Of a stretch of 64,000 nucleotides of DNA, positions 18,015-28,373 are shown one piece after another. The stretch's first letter is position 1; every line of letters begins with the position of its first letter. The translations under genes and the position numbers were made by a program. The DNA lies in NCBI GenBank assembly GCA_021782495.1, contig JAJXUV010000010.1:11601-75600 (forward strand). Reading direction: 5' to 3'. Origin of the DNA: Pseudomonadota bacterium (GTDB lineage Bacteria > Pseudomonadota > Gammaproteobacteria > UBA1113). The notes under the pieces are model-generated. The model did no database searches, had not been told where the DNA came from, and saw only the letters and a list, made by a program, of their open reading frames with translations.

Positions 18015-20306
18015 ATGTTAAATAGCAGCGATCTATCAAGCAGTTCACAAATGATTAAGCAAATTATTGATCTGGTCGATACGAGTATTTATTGGAAGGA
18101 TAAGGAAGGCCGTTATTTGGGGTGCAATCAATACGTGTTAAAAATTGCAGGCCTTAACAGTCTGGATGAAATCCTCGGAAAAACCGATTTTGAACTCGTG
18201 TGGAAAAGAGAAGCATCTAAAATAAAAGAAATTGATGATTGGGTGATGCGCACGGGAAATTCTTATCGAGGAGAAGAAGCCATATCTACCCATGATGGTA
18301 AGCTTCTACTCGGTTTTTCAATAAAAAATCCACTGCTAGACAAGAATGGTCAGATTATTGGTGTTATAGGTACGTCCGTTGATATTACCGCTAAAAAAGA
18401 AGCTGAGCGCTTAGCATTAGAAAATATAGCTTATAAAACTATTCAGGAGCAAGAACGAAGATTTAGGCAAATTATTAATGTGGTGGATGTTAGTATTTAT
18501 TGGAAGGATAGAGAGGGGCGTTATTTAGGCTGTAATCAGTATGTGTTGAACATTGCGGGTCTTAACAGTCTAAATGAAATCCTCGGAAAAACCGATTTTG
18601 AACTCGTGTGGAAAAAAGAAGCACCTAAAGTAAAAGAAATAGATGACTGGGTGGTCCGCACAGGAAGCCCTTATCGTGGTGAAGAATTTATATCTGTTGA
18701 GCATACTAATCAGGTAGCAGCATTTTTTACAATAAAAAACCCCTTATTTGATGATGATGGTCAAGTGATTGGTATTGTGGGAACTTCAATTGACATTACT
18801 GCTAAAAAAGAAGCCGAAGTGCTAAAACTTGAAGCTGAAAAACACAAAATAATTGAAGAACAACAACGCGAATTTCGAAAGATCGTAGAACAAGTAGCAC
18901 ATGATATTCGATCACCGGTTGGTGCTCAGAGAATGAATTTAAATGAGTGTAAACATTATTTGCCGGAATTATATCGAGTTGCTTTTACCAAATCTCTAAA
19001 CCGAATCGATGATGTCGCTTATCGATTGATGAGCACAGTCAATCCAGGAGAGAAAGCAAGAGCATATCGTGCGAATCCAGTCAAAGAACCCACGCTTATT
19101 TCCAATGAAATCTTCGAAGTGATCGCGGAAAAACGTCATGAATATCGCGAGAAAACGATAGACTTTTGTGCGCATTTCACCGAATCCGCGTATTTTGCTT
19201 TTTTGAATATCAATACTTTGGATTTTAAACGCATGCTGTCGAATCTTATCAATAATGCAGTTGACGCCATTCAAGATAAAATCGGTCGAGTTGATGTTCA
19301 CATGGATGCGAGTGAGCTGCAAGTCCAAATTACGATCCAGGATAATGGCATGGGGATGCCCGATTCAGTTAAAGAAAAAATTTTAAATAACATCGCGGTG
19401 ACTGCTAGTAAAACAGATGGACATGGCATTGGCTTTGGGCAAATTCGAGATACTTTAAAGGAAGCTGAAGGTGAATTGGCGATTGAATCGATTAAAGGAG
19501 TTGGCACTAAAATCATACTCTCTTTTCCTCGAGTGGATAGCCCGAATTGGATTGCCACTCAAATAGAGCTATTTTCAGACGACATGATTGTGGTTTTAGA
19601 CGACGATGATTCTATCCACGATGCTTGGGAGGCGCGATTTCAAAAAGTAGCGCCAAACATTCCACGCCACCATTTTAAAGGGGGGAAAGAAGCTATTCTT
19701 TTTATTAACAATTTTGATGATGCTGCGAAGAAAAAATTATTGTTACTGACCGATTATGAATTGTTAGAACAAGAGTTGCATGGTTTAGAAGTGGTCGAAA
19801 AAACGGGAATAAAGCGTTCTATCTTGGTGACGAGTCACAACGACAATCCCAAGGTAACAACCTTGGCCGAATCCCTTCATACCAAAATACTGCCCAAACC
19901 TTTGGCAGCACATGTACCGATTGAATTCAAAGTAGAATTAGAAACAGAAGCGCTACGTAAAGTCGATGCCGTTTATGTAGATGACGATGAAGATCTTTTG
20001 GCAGCAGTAACCCGCGCCATGCAAACGAGGAATAAAGTGATTGACACTTATTCTTCGGTTTACAAATTTTTAGAAAATAAAGCCGTTTACCCTAAAGACG
20101 TCAAGATTATCCTAGACAACCAATTTCAAAGGGAATACGCTCGAGGCATAGAAATAGCACAAGAATTGCACGAAGCGGGTTATACACGTCTTTATTTGTT
20201 TTCAGGGGAATATTTTGATTCTAGCCAGGATGGGGTTATCCCCCCTTATTTAACGGTTATTTTTAAAACGGATATTGATCGTCTTTTTGAAGTATTGGAT
20301 GAATAA
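18015..20306 (+). CDS. hybrid sensor histidine kinase (PAS-PAS-HisKA-HATPase-REC-REC)
   Basis: Two near-identical PAS-like modules. H-box VAHDIRSP, N-box NLINNAVDA, G-boxes DNGMGMP and GHGIGFG. Two receiver-like regions follow (VVLDDDDS...LLLLTDYEL...KILPKP and VYVDDDED...KIILDNQ). Starts 12 nt after the NRPS stop. Confidence 0.85.
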   Translation: MLNSSDLSSSSQMIKQIIDLVDTSIYWKDKEGRYLGCNQYVLKIAGLNSLDEILGKTDFELVWKREASKIKEIDDWVMRTGNSYRGEEAISTHDGKLLLGFSIKNPLLDKNGQIIGVIGTSVDITAKKEAERLALENIAYKTIQEQERRFRQIINVVDVSIYWKDREGRYLGCNQYVLNIAGLNSLNEILGKTDFELVWKKEAPKVKEIDDWVVRTGSPYRGEEFISVEHTNQVAAFFTIKNPLFDDDGQVIGIVGTSIDITAKKEAEVLKLEAEKHKIIEEQQREFRKIVEQVAHDIRSPVGAQRMNLNECKHYLPELYRVAFTKSLNRIDDVAYRLMSTVNPGEKARAYRANPVKEPTLISNEIFEVIAEKRHEYREKTIDFCAHFTESAYFAFLNINTLDFKRMLSNLINNAVDAIQDKIGRVDVHMDASELQVQITIQDNGMGMPDSVKEKILNNIAVTASKTDGHGIGFGQIRDTLKEAEGELAIESIKGVGTKIILSFPRVDSPNWIATQIELFSDDMIVVLDDDDSIHDAWEARFQKVAPNIPRHHFKGGKEAILFINNFDDAAKKKLLLLTDYELLEQELHGLEVVEKTGIKRSILVTSHNDNPKVTTLAESLHTKILPKPLAAHVPIEFKVELETEALRKVDAVYVDDDEDLLAAVTRAMQTRNKVIDTYSSVYKFLENKAVYPKDVKIILDNQFQREYARGIEIAQELHEAGYTRLYLFSGEYFDSSQDGVIPPYLTVIFKTDIDRLFEVLDE
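18051..18836 (+). repeat. in-frame tandem duplication (period 408 bp) encoding the two PAS modules
   Basis: Anchors 18078/18486 and 18168/18576 are both offset by 408 nt. The alignment includes a perfectly identical stretch of about 40 nt, gaaatcctcggaaaaaccgattttgaactcgtgtggaaaa. Confidence 0.85.
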
Positions 20307-20335
20307 CTGCGCTTATTGTAGTATAATAATCCTCT

Positions 20336-20357
20336 ATGAAACGATCATTGCAATTAA
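20336..20357 (+). repeat. right copy of the 22-nt direct repeat (authentic uvrB start, attR-like)
   Basis: atgaaacgatcattgcaattaa is identical to 9241-9262. Confidence 0.9.
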
Positions 20358-22336
20358 TTTCTCCCTTCAAACCACAAGGCGATCAAGCCACGGCTATTGC
20401 GACTTTAATCCAAGGCATCGAGGCGGGTTTGGCGCGTTTAACTTTATTAGGCGTGACGGGTTCGGGTAAAACTTTTACGATGGCAAATGTGATAGCGCAT
20501 TGTCAGCGCCCTGCCCTGATTATGGCACCAAATAAAACTTTAGCCGCTCAATTGTACGGCGAAATGCGCGAATTTTTCCCCAACAATGCCGTAGAGTATT
20601 TTGTTTCCTATTACGATTATTATCAACCTGAAGCTTATGTTCCTTCGACGGATACTTATATCGAGAAAGATTCTTCCATCAATGAGCACATTGAACAAAT
20701 GCGTTTGTCGGCGACCAAAGCTTTGTTAGAACGTCGTGATGTGATTATCGTTGCTACTGTGTCGGCGATTTATGGTTTGGGCGATCCCGAATCGTATTTT
20801 AGTATGGTGTTGCATTTAAGCCGAGGTGAACTCATCGATCAACACGAAATTTTAAGGCATTTGGCCGAATTGCAATACACGCGCAACGATGTGGAATTTA
20901 AACGCGGTACTTATCGTGTGCGCGGTGATGTGTTGGATATTTTTCCCGCCGATTCTGAAAAAGAAGCGGTGCGCGTAGAATGGTTAGGCGATGAAATCGA
21001 AGCTATTTATTATTTTGATCCCCTCACTGGGCAAATCAGTCAACGCATTCCTCGCGTAACGATTTTCCCCGGAAGCCATTATGTCACGCCGCGCAACAAA
21101 GTGGTGAATGCCGTGGACGCCATTAAAAATGAACTGCGCGATCGCCTTCAGTATTTTCACAAAGAAAATAAATTGGTCGAAGCGCAACGTTTAGCAGAAC
21201 GGGTGAAATTTGATTTGGAAATGATGCAAGAATTAGGTTATTGCAGCGGTATCGAAAATTATTCGCGTCACCTTTCAGGCAGACAAGCAGGCGCACCTCC
21301 GCCCACTTTATTCGATTATTTACCCGCAGATGCCTTGTTGTTTATCGACGAATCGCATGTGACTATTCCACAAATTGGTGGCATGTATCGAGGCGACAGA
21401 GCGCGCAAGGAAAATTTAGTGCAGTATGGTTTTAGATTGCCTTCGGCTTTGGACAATCGACCTTTGCAGTTTGAAGAATTTGTAGAACGTTCACCCCAAA
21501 CGATTTATATTTCGGCAACGCCTGGAAATTATGAACTCGAGCAAGGAGAATCTTTAGCAGAACAAGTGGTACGGCCGACGGGTTTGGTCGATCCTCAAGT
21601 CATCATACGGCCTGTCACCCATCAAGTAGACGATTTATTATCGGAAATTCGCCATTGCGTGCTTGCGAAAGAACGAGTATTGGTAACGACTTTAACGAAG
21701 CGTATGGCAGAAGATTTGACGGAATATTTGGATGAGCATGGCGTGAAAGTGCGTTATTTACATTCTGATGTGGATACCGTCGAACGCGTCGAAATTATCC
21801 GCGATTTGCGTTTGGGCGTTTTTGATGTTTTGGTCGGCATTAATTTATTACGTGAAGGCTTGGACATTCCTGAAGTGGCATTGGTTGCCATTTTAGATGC
21901 CGATAAAGAAGGCTTTTTGCGATCGGAACGTTCTTTGATTCAAACCATTGGACGTGCTGCGCGTCACATCGAAGGCAGAGCCATTTTGTATGCAGATACG
22001 ATCACGGGTTCCATGCAGCGTGCTTTGGCAGAAACAGAACGGCGTCGTGCCAAGCAGGAAGAATACAATCGCAAACATGGGATCACGCCCAAAGGCATTG
22101 TCAAAAGTGTGCAGGATATTATGGAAGGTGCGCATGCACCTTTGTCTACGCGTTTGGCCAAAACACCAGTCAGCACACTTCAAATTCAGCGTTTAAGTCC
22201 TGCGGCTTTAGGTAAGAAAATCAAAGCTTTGGAAAAAGAAATGTTGGAGCAGGCACGGAATTTAGAATTTGAAAAAGCTATTCAATTGCGAGATGAGATC
22301 GAGTTATTAAAAAAACAAGAGTTTCATTCTTCTTAA
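20336..22336 (+). CDS. uvrB: excinuclease ABC subunit B
   Basis: 666 aa. Walker [21 protein letters not shown], and a helicase C-terminal block. The UVR domain at the C-terminus includes [13 protein letters not shown]. Confidence 0.97.
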   Translation: MKRSLQLISPFKPQGDQATAIATLIQGIEAGLARLTLLGVTGSGKTFTMANVIAHCQRPALIMAPNKTLAAQLYGEMREFFPNNAVEYFVSYYDYYQPEAYVPSTDTYIEKDSSINEHIEQMRLSATKALLERRDVIIVATVSAIYGLGDPESYFSMVLHLSRGELIDQHEILRHLAELQYTRNDVEFKRGTYRVRGDVLDIFPADSEKEAVRVEWLGDEIEAIYYFDPLTGQISQRIPRVTIFPGSHYVTPRNKVVNAVDAIKNELRDRLQYFHKENKLVEAQRLAERVKFDLEMMQELGYCSGIENYSRHLSGRQAGAPPPTLFDYLPADALLFIDESHVTIPQIGGMYRGDRARKENLVQYGFRLPSALDNRPLQFEEFVERSPQTIYISATPGNYELEQGESLAEQVVRPTGLVDPQVIIRPVTHQVDDLLSEIRHCVLAKERVLVTTLTKRMAEDLTEYLDEHGVKVRYLHSDVDTVERVEIIRDLRLGVFDVLVGINLLREGLDIPEVALVAILDADKEGFLRSERSLIQTIGRAARHIEGRAILYADTITGSMQRALAETERRRAKQEEYNRKHGITPKGIVKSVQDIMEGAHAPLSTRLAKTPVSTLQIQRLSPAALGKKIKALEKEMLEQARNLEFEKAIQLRDEIELLKKQEFHSS

Positions 22337-22391
22337 AATAGCTGGTTAATGCTACAATAGGCGTACTTTGAGTCTCATGAGAGAAAATACC

Positions 22392-22715
22392 ATGACTTTT
22401 GTCGTCACTGAAAGGTGCATTCGTTGTAAATACATGGATTGTGTGGAAGTGTGCCCAGTCAATTGTTTTTATGAGGGGCCTAATTTTTTGGCCATTAATC
22501 CAGAAGAATGCATCGATTGTGCTCTATGTGAGCCTGAATGTCCCGTCAATGCCATTTATGCGGAAGATGAATTGCCGGCTGGACAAGAAGAATTTTTGGA
22601 ATTGAACAAACAGCTGTCTAAAAAATGGGCTAATATAAGCCATATGAAAACACCCCCAGCCGATGCTGATAAATGGAAGGATGTCCCCAACAAACGCGCT
22701 TATTTAGAGGAATAA
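22392..22715 (+). CDS. fdxA: 7Fe ferredoxin (FdxA type)
   Basis: [29 protein letters not shown] ... [12 protein letters not shown] cysteine pattern. The 107-aa length from ATG 22392 is typical; the ORF is open from 22368. Confidence 0.9.
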   Translation: MTFVVTERCIRCKYMDCVEVCPVNCFYEGPNFLAINPEECIDCALCEPECPVNAIYAEDELPAGQEEFLELNKQLSKKWANISHMKTPPADADKWKDVPNKRAYLEE

Positions 22716-22718
22716 GCC

Positions 22719-23366
22719 GTGATACTGTGTCTAGAGACTTCGGGTCGTTTTTCTTCAGTGGCTTTGAGCAATGGTTCTCACTATTCGGCGGAAACTGAAA
22801 ATTTTCAAGCAGAGCATATTTTGAGCTTAATAGACACCCTATTAAAGGAAGCCGGGATAACGGGGGAGGCACTCGATGCTTTGGCCGTGAGTGTCGGTCC
22901 AGGCCGTTTTACGGGTTTGAGGGTTGGAATTGCCGTCGCTCAAGGCTTGGCCTTTGCCTGGCATAAAAAAGTACTGGCTATCGACAGCTTGGCCATTTTA
23001 GCCCAAGGGGTGTATCGGCGATATGGCGCGGAAAAAGTGAGGGTAGCGATGGATGCGCGCCGAGAAGAGGTTTATCGAGAATCTTTCCTTTGGGATGGTA
23101 AAATCATGGTATCTCAGCAAGATTTGTCTATAATGAGTATTAAAGAAAGGGAAATTGATTCTGAAGAATGGGTGGGCGCCGGAAGTGGTTTTCTGGAATA
23201 TCCAGGACTAGCGAAAGGCTTCAAGACGTGCTATATATCGGCACCAGATCGCACTCCCTATGCAGAAGATATGATATCTCTGGCGATCAAAGCGTATCAG
23301 GATAGAAAAGCAATCGAACCTGCGCGGATTTTGCCCAATTATCTGCGAGAAGAAGTGGTGAGTTAG
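22719..23366 (+). CDS. tsaB: tRNA t6A biosynthesis protein TsaB (YeaZ)
   Basis: 215 aa with a GTG start. ILCLETSG...VSVGPGRFTGLRVGIAVAQGLA is typical of TsaB. Confidence 0.85.
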   Translation: MILCLETSGRFSSVALSNGSHYSAETENFQAEHILSLIDTLLKEAGITGEALDALAVSVGPGRFTGLRVGIAVAQGLAFAWHKKVLAIDSLAILAQGVYRRYGAEKVRVAMDARREEVYRESFLWDGKIMVSQQDLSIMSIKEREIDSEEWVGAGSGFLEYPGLAKGFKTCYISAPDRTPYAEDMISLAIKAYQDRKAIEPARILPNYLREEVVS

Positions 23367-23380
23367 GAGTTTGAATTAAA

Positions 23381-26300
23381 ATGCCCGACATCCAGCGAGC
23401 GGTGATCCGCCGAAACAATATTAGAGCCTATTCAAGCAGTAGTATTGCTGCCCGGCGTGAAGTTTTTGCTGAATTAGCCGCGATGGCCCACCAAAAAGTC
23501 AGTCCAGCGGAAAGGGAATTATTCATTCAATTTATAGAACACTTGTATGCCACGGCTTCCTATGAAGATTTAACCGCACACGATAGAGCCGATCTCTTTG
23601 CCGCAACGCTTTCTTTTTGGAAAGAATTGTATCGTCGTAAACCAGGGCAAGTAAAATTACGGATCTTTAATCCTTCTTTGGAAAAAGATGGGTTTCAATC
23701 TAAATACACGATCATCGAACTGGTTCAAGACGATATGCCTTTTTTGGTGGATTCCTTGTGCATGGAATTAAACCGACGAGAATTGACCGTCCACACGATT
23801 CACCATACCGGTGCTTTTAAAGTCGTGCGTGATCAAGACGATAAAATCACCCGTATTTACCCGATGGGAACGGATGAAAAAGCAGCGAGCAACGAAGCGA
23901 TCGTTTTTATTGAAATCGATCGCATTACCGATCCCGCTGTTTTATCAGATTTGGAACAATCGCTTCACCGCATTTTACACGATGTGTGTTTATGCGTGGA
24001 AGATTGGCAAAAGATAATGGATAAAGTGGATGAGACTATTCACATTTTAAAGAAATTGCCTGTTTCCCCTTCTAATAAAGCAGCTTTGGAAGAATCCGTT
24101 GAATTTTTAAAATGGCTGAGCAACAATCATTTTACTTTTCTAGGTTGGCGCGAATATAAATTACTTAAAGAAGAGGGTGATTTTATATTAAAGCCTATTG
24201 AAGGAACTGGTTTGGGGGTGTTGCGTGAGGGCGAAGTTAATAAAATTTCCAGACAATTTTCAAAATTGCCGCCAGAGGCTAAAAGCATTATTTTAGATAA
24301 AAATATTTATATCGAATCTTTAAAGACCAATCGTTTGGCGACAGTACACCGCCATGCCTATACCGATCAAATTGAAATTAAAGTCTTTGATGAAGCGGGT
24401 GATGTGGTAGGGATCAGACGAATTATTGGTTTGTACACTTCTGTGGCCTATAATAGTAGGCCTTATGCGATTCCCTTATTGCGTCAAAAAGTAAGGGCGG
24501 TGATGCAAGATTCTCTCTTGTCGCCTTCAGGACATGCCGGAAAAGCCTTGTTGAATATTTTAGAAACCTTGCCTCGAGACGATTTGTTTCAAAGCTCACC
24601 CCAAGAGTTGTTGGAATTGTGCTTAGGTATTTTGCAAATGCAAGAACGACGACGCATCAATTTATTTGTTCGGCGAGATATTTTCGGGCGTTTTATGTCT
24701 TGTCTTTTATTTATTCCAAGCGATCGCTATACGACTCAATTGGGCAATGCGGCAACTGAAATATTAATGAAAGCCTTTCACGGTTTGGAAGTGTATCAAA
24801 CAACCGTATTCAGCGAATCGGTTTTGGCACGCATTCATTTTCTGATTCGTGTCGATAGAGAAAAACCTTTACAGTATGACATTGAGAGCATTGAAGAAAA
24901 GCTAAGAAACATTGCTCGAAATTGGGAAGATGATTTGTACGAAGAATTGGTGGATATTTTTGGTGAAGACGAAGGAAATGATTATTTCGCTCGTTATAAA
25001 GACGCTTTTTCGGCGGGATACATCGAATCTTTCACGCCCAAAGCCGCGGTGGAAGACATTGTTCATCTAGAAAAAATATCGAAAAATCACACCTTAGAAA
25101 TGAGTTTCTCCAAATTACCAGAAGAAGAAACGGCAAAGTACAATTTTAAATTATACCATTTAGACACACCTATTCCCTTATCAGATGCTATTCCCATCTT
25201 GGAAAATATGGGCTTGCGCGTATTCACAGAACAACCCTATAGCATTCATATTGGCAAAGAAAGAGTGATTTGGATCAATGATTTTAAAATGACACCCCAT
25301 AGTACGCATCAAGTGGACATAGAAGCAGTCAAAGAATTATTCCAAGAAACCTTTGAAAAAGTTTGGTTTAATGAAGCAGAAAACGATGGATTTAACCGTT
25401 TGGCTTTGTTGTCCAATTTAAGTTGGCGTGAAATTTCCATATTGCGCGCTTATGCTAAATTCTTAAAACAAATTAATTTTACTTTTACCCAAGCCTACAT
25501 AGAAGAAACTTTTTTCAAATATCCCAATATCGCGCGTGAATTGGCTACCTTATTTAAGCTGCGTTTTGACCCACGTCGGCAAGGCGGATCTCAAGAAGTG
25601 TGTGGGGCTTTGGATACGCGCATCGATAATTTATTGTTAGACGTAGATAATTTAGACGACGACAAAATTTTAAGACGATTTCGTGAAATCATCATGGCAA
25701 CTTTGCGTACGAACTTTTTCTTAAAAGATGACAAAGGACAATTCAAAGAAACCATTTCCTTTAAATTAGACGCAGCGAATATCAGTGATATGCCTTTGCC
25801 ACGTCCTTTATTTGAAATTTTTGTGTATTCACCTCGCTTTGAAGGGGTACATTTACGCAGTGGTAAAGTGGCGCGAGGCGGTATACGTTGGTCGGATAGG
25901 CGCGAAGATTTTAGAACTGAAGTGTTGGGTTTGATGAAAGCACAGCGTGTCAAGAATTCCGTGATTGTGCCTACCGGTGCCAAAGGTGGGTTTATTTTGA
26001 AACAATTGGCTAAAAATGCAAGCCGCGAAGTTACGCAAGAAGAAGCGGTGACGTGTTATAAAAAATACATCAGTGCTTTATTGGATTTAACCGACAATCG
26101 AGCCGAAGGGGAGATTATCCAGCCTCAAGATTTGGTGTGTTATGATGAATCCGATTCTTATTTGGTGGTTGCAGCGGATAAAGGCACGGCCACTTTTTCA
26201 GATTATGCCAATGAGGTGGCGCTGCAATATGGTTTCTGGTTGGGCGATGCCTTTGCTTCAGGCGGTAAAACGGGATACGATCATAAAAAAATGGGGATCA

Positions 26301-28282
26301 CCGCCAGGGGGGCTTGGGAATCGGTGAAACGACATTTTAGAGAGATGGATTGGAATATTCAAACCACACCTTTTAGAGTGGTCGGCATAGGCGATATGTC
26401 AGGCGATGTATTTGGAAACGGCATGTTGCTTTCCAAGCAAATACAACTCGTCGGTGCTTTTAACCATGCCCATATTTTTTTAGATCCCACGCCCGATCCA
26501 CGTATTAGTTTTACTGAACGCAAACGTTTATTTGAATTGCCTCGTTCGACTTGGGCGGATTATAACCCTGAGCTTATATCAAAAGGGGGCGGCGTATTTT
26601 CACGCAATGTTAAATCCATTCCCTTAACGCCGGAAATCCAACAATTATTGGGGACCGATAAACAAGCCTTAGAACCCAATCAATTGATCCATGCTTTGTT
26701 AAAAGCAGAAGTAGATTTGTTGTGGAACGGGGGGATAGGCACTTATATTAAAGCGAGTACAGAAAGTCATGCCGATGTAGGCGACAAAGCCAATGACGCT
26801 TTGCGTGTGAATGGTTGTGATTTGCGTACCAAAGTGGTGGGTGAAGGTGGTAATTTAGGCGTGACGCAAAAAGGACGTATAGAATATGCTTTGGCGGGTG
26901 GACGCATTGTGACGGATTTCATAGACAATTCTGCGGGCGTAGATTGTTCGGATCACGAAGTGAATATCAAAATCTTGCTCAATCAAATCGTAGCAATGGG
27001 TCGTTTGACGGAAACAGAGCGTAATGCTTTGTTAGCCAGTATGACCGAGGAAGTGGGCAAATTGGTGTTACGAAACAATTACACACAAACACAAGCCATT
27101 AGTTTGGCCCAAGGTCAAACCAAATGCAGCTTGGATATTTTTATTCAAGTGATGAGCGATTTAGAACGAGTCGGTCTCTTGGACAGAGCTTTAGAATTTT
27201 TGCCCACCGATAAAGAATTGCAAGAGCGTAAAGCTTCAGGCAAAGGCTTGACGAGTCCGGAATTGGCTGTTTTATTGGCCTATTTTAAAATCTTTTTGAA
27301 AGAAGAATTGTTGAACTCATCCATACCAGAAGATCCTTATGTGTCTAAATTTGTGAAACTGGAATTTCCAGTTGCATTGCATGAACGTTTTTACCAAGAA
27401 ATTATTCGACACAGTTTGTACCGAGAAATTATCGTCACACAATTGTGTGACAAGATCGTCGATTACATGGGCATTACCTTTGTGACGCGCTTGCGTACCC
27501 AAACAGGTGCCAGCTATTCAGACATTGTTAAAGCCTTTGTCATCGTAAAAGATATTTTTTCTGTCGATAGTTTGTGGAAACAGATAGAAGAAATGGACTA
27601 TCAAATTCCAGCCCAAATGCAACATGATATGTTGCTGGCAGTGGCGCGCTTTATGCGTCGTTCTATTCGTTGGGTTTTAAGAAATTGTGGGAACTTAGAT
27701 AAAGTTGAAGCGATGATTCAACAGTATCAATCTGCGGTTGAAACCTTAAGCATAGATTTCCCAACGCATTTTAAGGGACTCCTATTGAATGCCTATGAAG
27801 AAAATCTACAAGCTTATCTGGAACAAGGTGTCAATCAATCCACCTCTCGACGTTTGGCTTCGGTTCACGCCTTATTGCCGATGCTAGATATCACCGCCAT
27901 TGCAGTTTCAGATCATATCAATCCCGATATGGTAGCGGAAATGTATTTTATCGTTGCCGATGAATTAGAATTGGCCTGGTTACAGGAATTGGTGGTCAAT
28001 TACCGTGAAGAAACCCATTGGGATGCTTTGGCTAAGGCAGCTTTGAGAGATGACATTGACATTTTGCATCGAGATTTAGTGCGTAATATTCTGCACGATC
28101 CTGCGCTTAAAATGAAAAGTGCGAGTGAACTTTTTGCAGATTGGAAAGAACAATATCAAGGTGTGACCGATCGCTGGAAGCAAAGCATGCTGAATTTAAG
28201 AAGCAGTAATGTGGCTGAGTTTGTGATGTTTACGGTGATTTGCAGAGAGTTAAAGGATTTAGTTCAGATCAGCGGCAGATAA
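23381..28282 (+). CDS. gdhB: large (about 180 kDa class) NAD-specific glutamate dehydrogenase
   Basis: 1633 aa. GVHLRSGKVARGGIRWSDRREDFRTEVLGLMKAQRVKNSVIVPTGAKGGF and GDMSGDVFGNGML blocks are characteristic of the Bac_GDH family. Confidence 0.93.
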   Translation: MPDIQRAVIRRNNIRAYSSSSIAARREVFAELAAMAHQKVSPAERELFIQFIEHLYATASYEDLTAHDRADLFAATLSFWKELYRRKPGQVKLRIFNPSLEKDGFQSKYTIIELVQDDMPFLVDSLCMELNRRELTVHTIHHTGAFKVVRDQDDKITRIYPMGTDEKAASNEAIVFIEIDRITDPAVLSDLEQSLHRILHDVCLCVEDWQKIMDKVDETIHILKKLPVSPSNKAALEESVEFLKWLSNNHFTFLGWREYKLLKEEGDFILKPIEGTGLGVLREGEVNKISRQFSKLPPEAKSIILDKNIYIESLKTNRLATVHRHAYTDQIEIKVFDEAGDVVGIRRIIGLYTSVAYNSRPYAIPLLRQKVRAVMQDSLLSPSGHAGKALLNILETLPRDDLFQSSPQELLELCLGILQMQERRRINLFVRRDIFGRFMSCLLFIPSDRYTTQLGNAATEILMKAFHGLEVYQTTVFSESVLARIHFLIRVDREKPLQYDIESIEEKLRNIARNWEDDLYEELVDIFGEDEGNDYFARYKDAFSAGYIESFTPKAAVEDIVHLEKISKNHTLEMSFSKLPEEETAKYNFKLYHLDTPIPLSDAIPILENMGLRVFTEQPYSIHIGKERVIWINDFKMTPHSTHQVDIEAVKELFQETFEKVWFNEAENDGFNRLALLSNLSWREISILRAYAKFLKQINFTFTQAYIEETFFKYPNIARELATLFKLRFDPRRQGGSQEVCGALDTRIDNLLLDVDNLDDDKILRRFREIIMATLRTNFFLKDDKGQFKETISFKLDAANISDMPLPRPLFEIFVYSPRFEGVHLRSGKVARGGIRWSDRREDFRTEVLGLMKAQRVKNSVIVPTGAKGGFILKQLAKNASREVTQEEAVTCYKKYISALLDLTDNRAEGEIIQPQDLVCYDESDSYLVVAADKGTATFSDYANEVALQYGFWLGDAFASGGKTGYDHKKMGITARGAWESVKRHFREMDWNIQTTPFRVVGIGDMSGDVFGNGMLLSKQIQLVGAFNHAHIFLDPTPDPRISFTERKRLFELPRSTWADYNPELISKGGGVFSRNVKSIPLTPEIQQLLGTDKQALEPNQLIHALLKAEVDLLWNGGIGTYIKASTESHADVGDKANDALRVNGCDLRTKVVGEGGNLGVTQKGRIEYALAGGRIVTDFIDNSAGVDCSDHEVNIKILLNQIVAMGRLTETERNALLASMTEEVGKLVLRNNYTQTQAISLAQGQTKCSLDIFIQVMSDLERVGLLDRALEFLPTDKELQERKASGKGLTSPELAVLLAYFKIFLKEELLNSSIPEDPYVSKFVKLEFPVALHERFYQEIIRHSLYREIIVTQLCDKIVDYMGITFVTRLRTQTGASYSDIVKAFVIVKDIFSVDSLWKQIEEMDYQIPAQMQHDMLLAVARFMRRSIRWVLRNCGNLDKVEAMIQQYQSAVETLSIDFPTHFKGLLLNAYEENLQAYLEQGVNQSTSRRLASVHALLPMLDITAIAVSDHINPDMVAEMYFIVADELELAWLQELVVNYREETHWDALAKAALRDDIDILHRDLVRNILHDPALKMKSASELFADWKEQYQGVTDRWKQSMLNLRSSNVAEFVMFTVICRELKDLVQISGR

Positions 28283-28296
28283 GTCGGAATTTATTA

Positions 28297-28358
28297 CCGA
28301 GCGGGACCGTTAGGGAGCGGTGGTCATTCCACCGTTCCCTAACTTACAGTCGGGGCTC
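28297..28358. repeat. family-1 palindromic repeat, degenerate copy A
   Basis: ccgagcgggaccgttagggagcggtgg-tcattc-ccaccgttccctaacttacagtcggggctc. Lies between the convergent gdhB and 28374..29030 genes. Confidence 0.75.
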
Positions 28359-28373
28359 AGAGATGAGTTCTCT

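Noticed and set aside
9263-20335. Integrase, transposase or conjugation genes that would make the NRPS island a classical integrative element
   Set aside because: None of the six-frame ORFs in the segment other than the NRPS and the kinase is long or motif-bearing, so no mobility gene can be claimed.
20322-20338. TATAAT at 20322-20327 as a promoter producing a leaderless uvrB mRNA
   Set aside because: It is attractive because uvrB lacks an SD. However, there is no -35 or TG extension, and a single hexamer in AT-rich DNA is weak evidence.
25591-25983. Nested antisense ORFs inside long genes (e.g. 25591..25983 in gdhB, 58601..59131 in uvrA, 12928..13230 in the NRPS, 2090..2452 in spmA, 47460..47807 in murD)
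   Set aside because: All lie entirely within, and opposite to, ORFs with strong family motifs. They have no SD or recognisable motifs, and their composition mirrors the sense gene.
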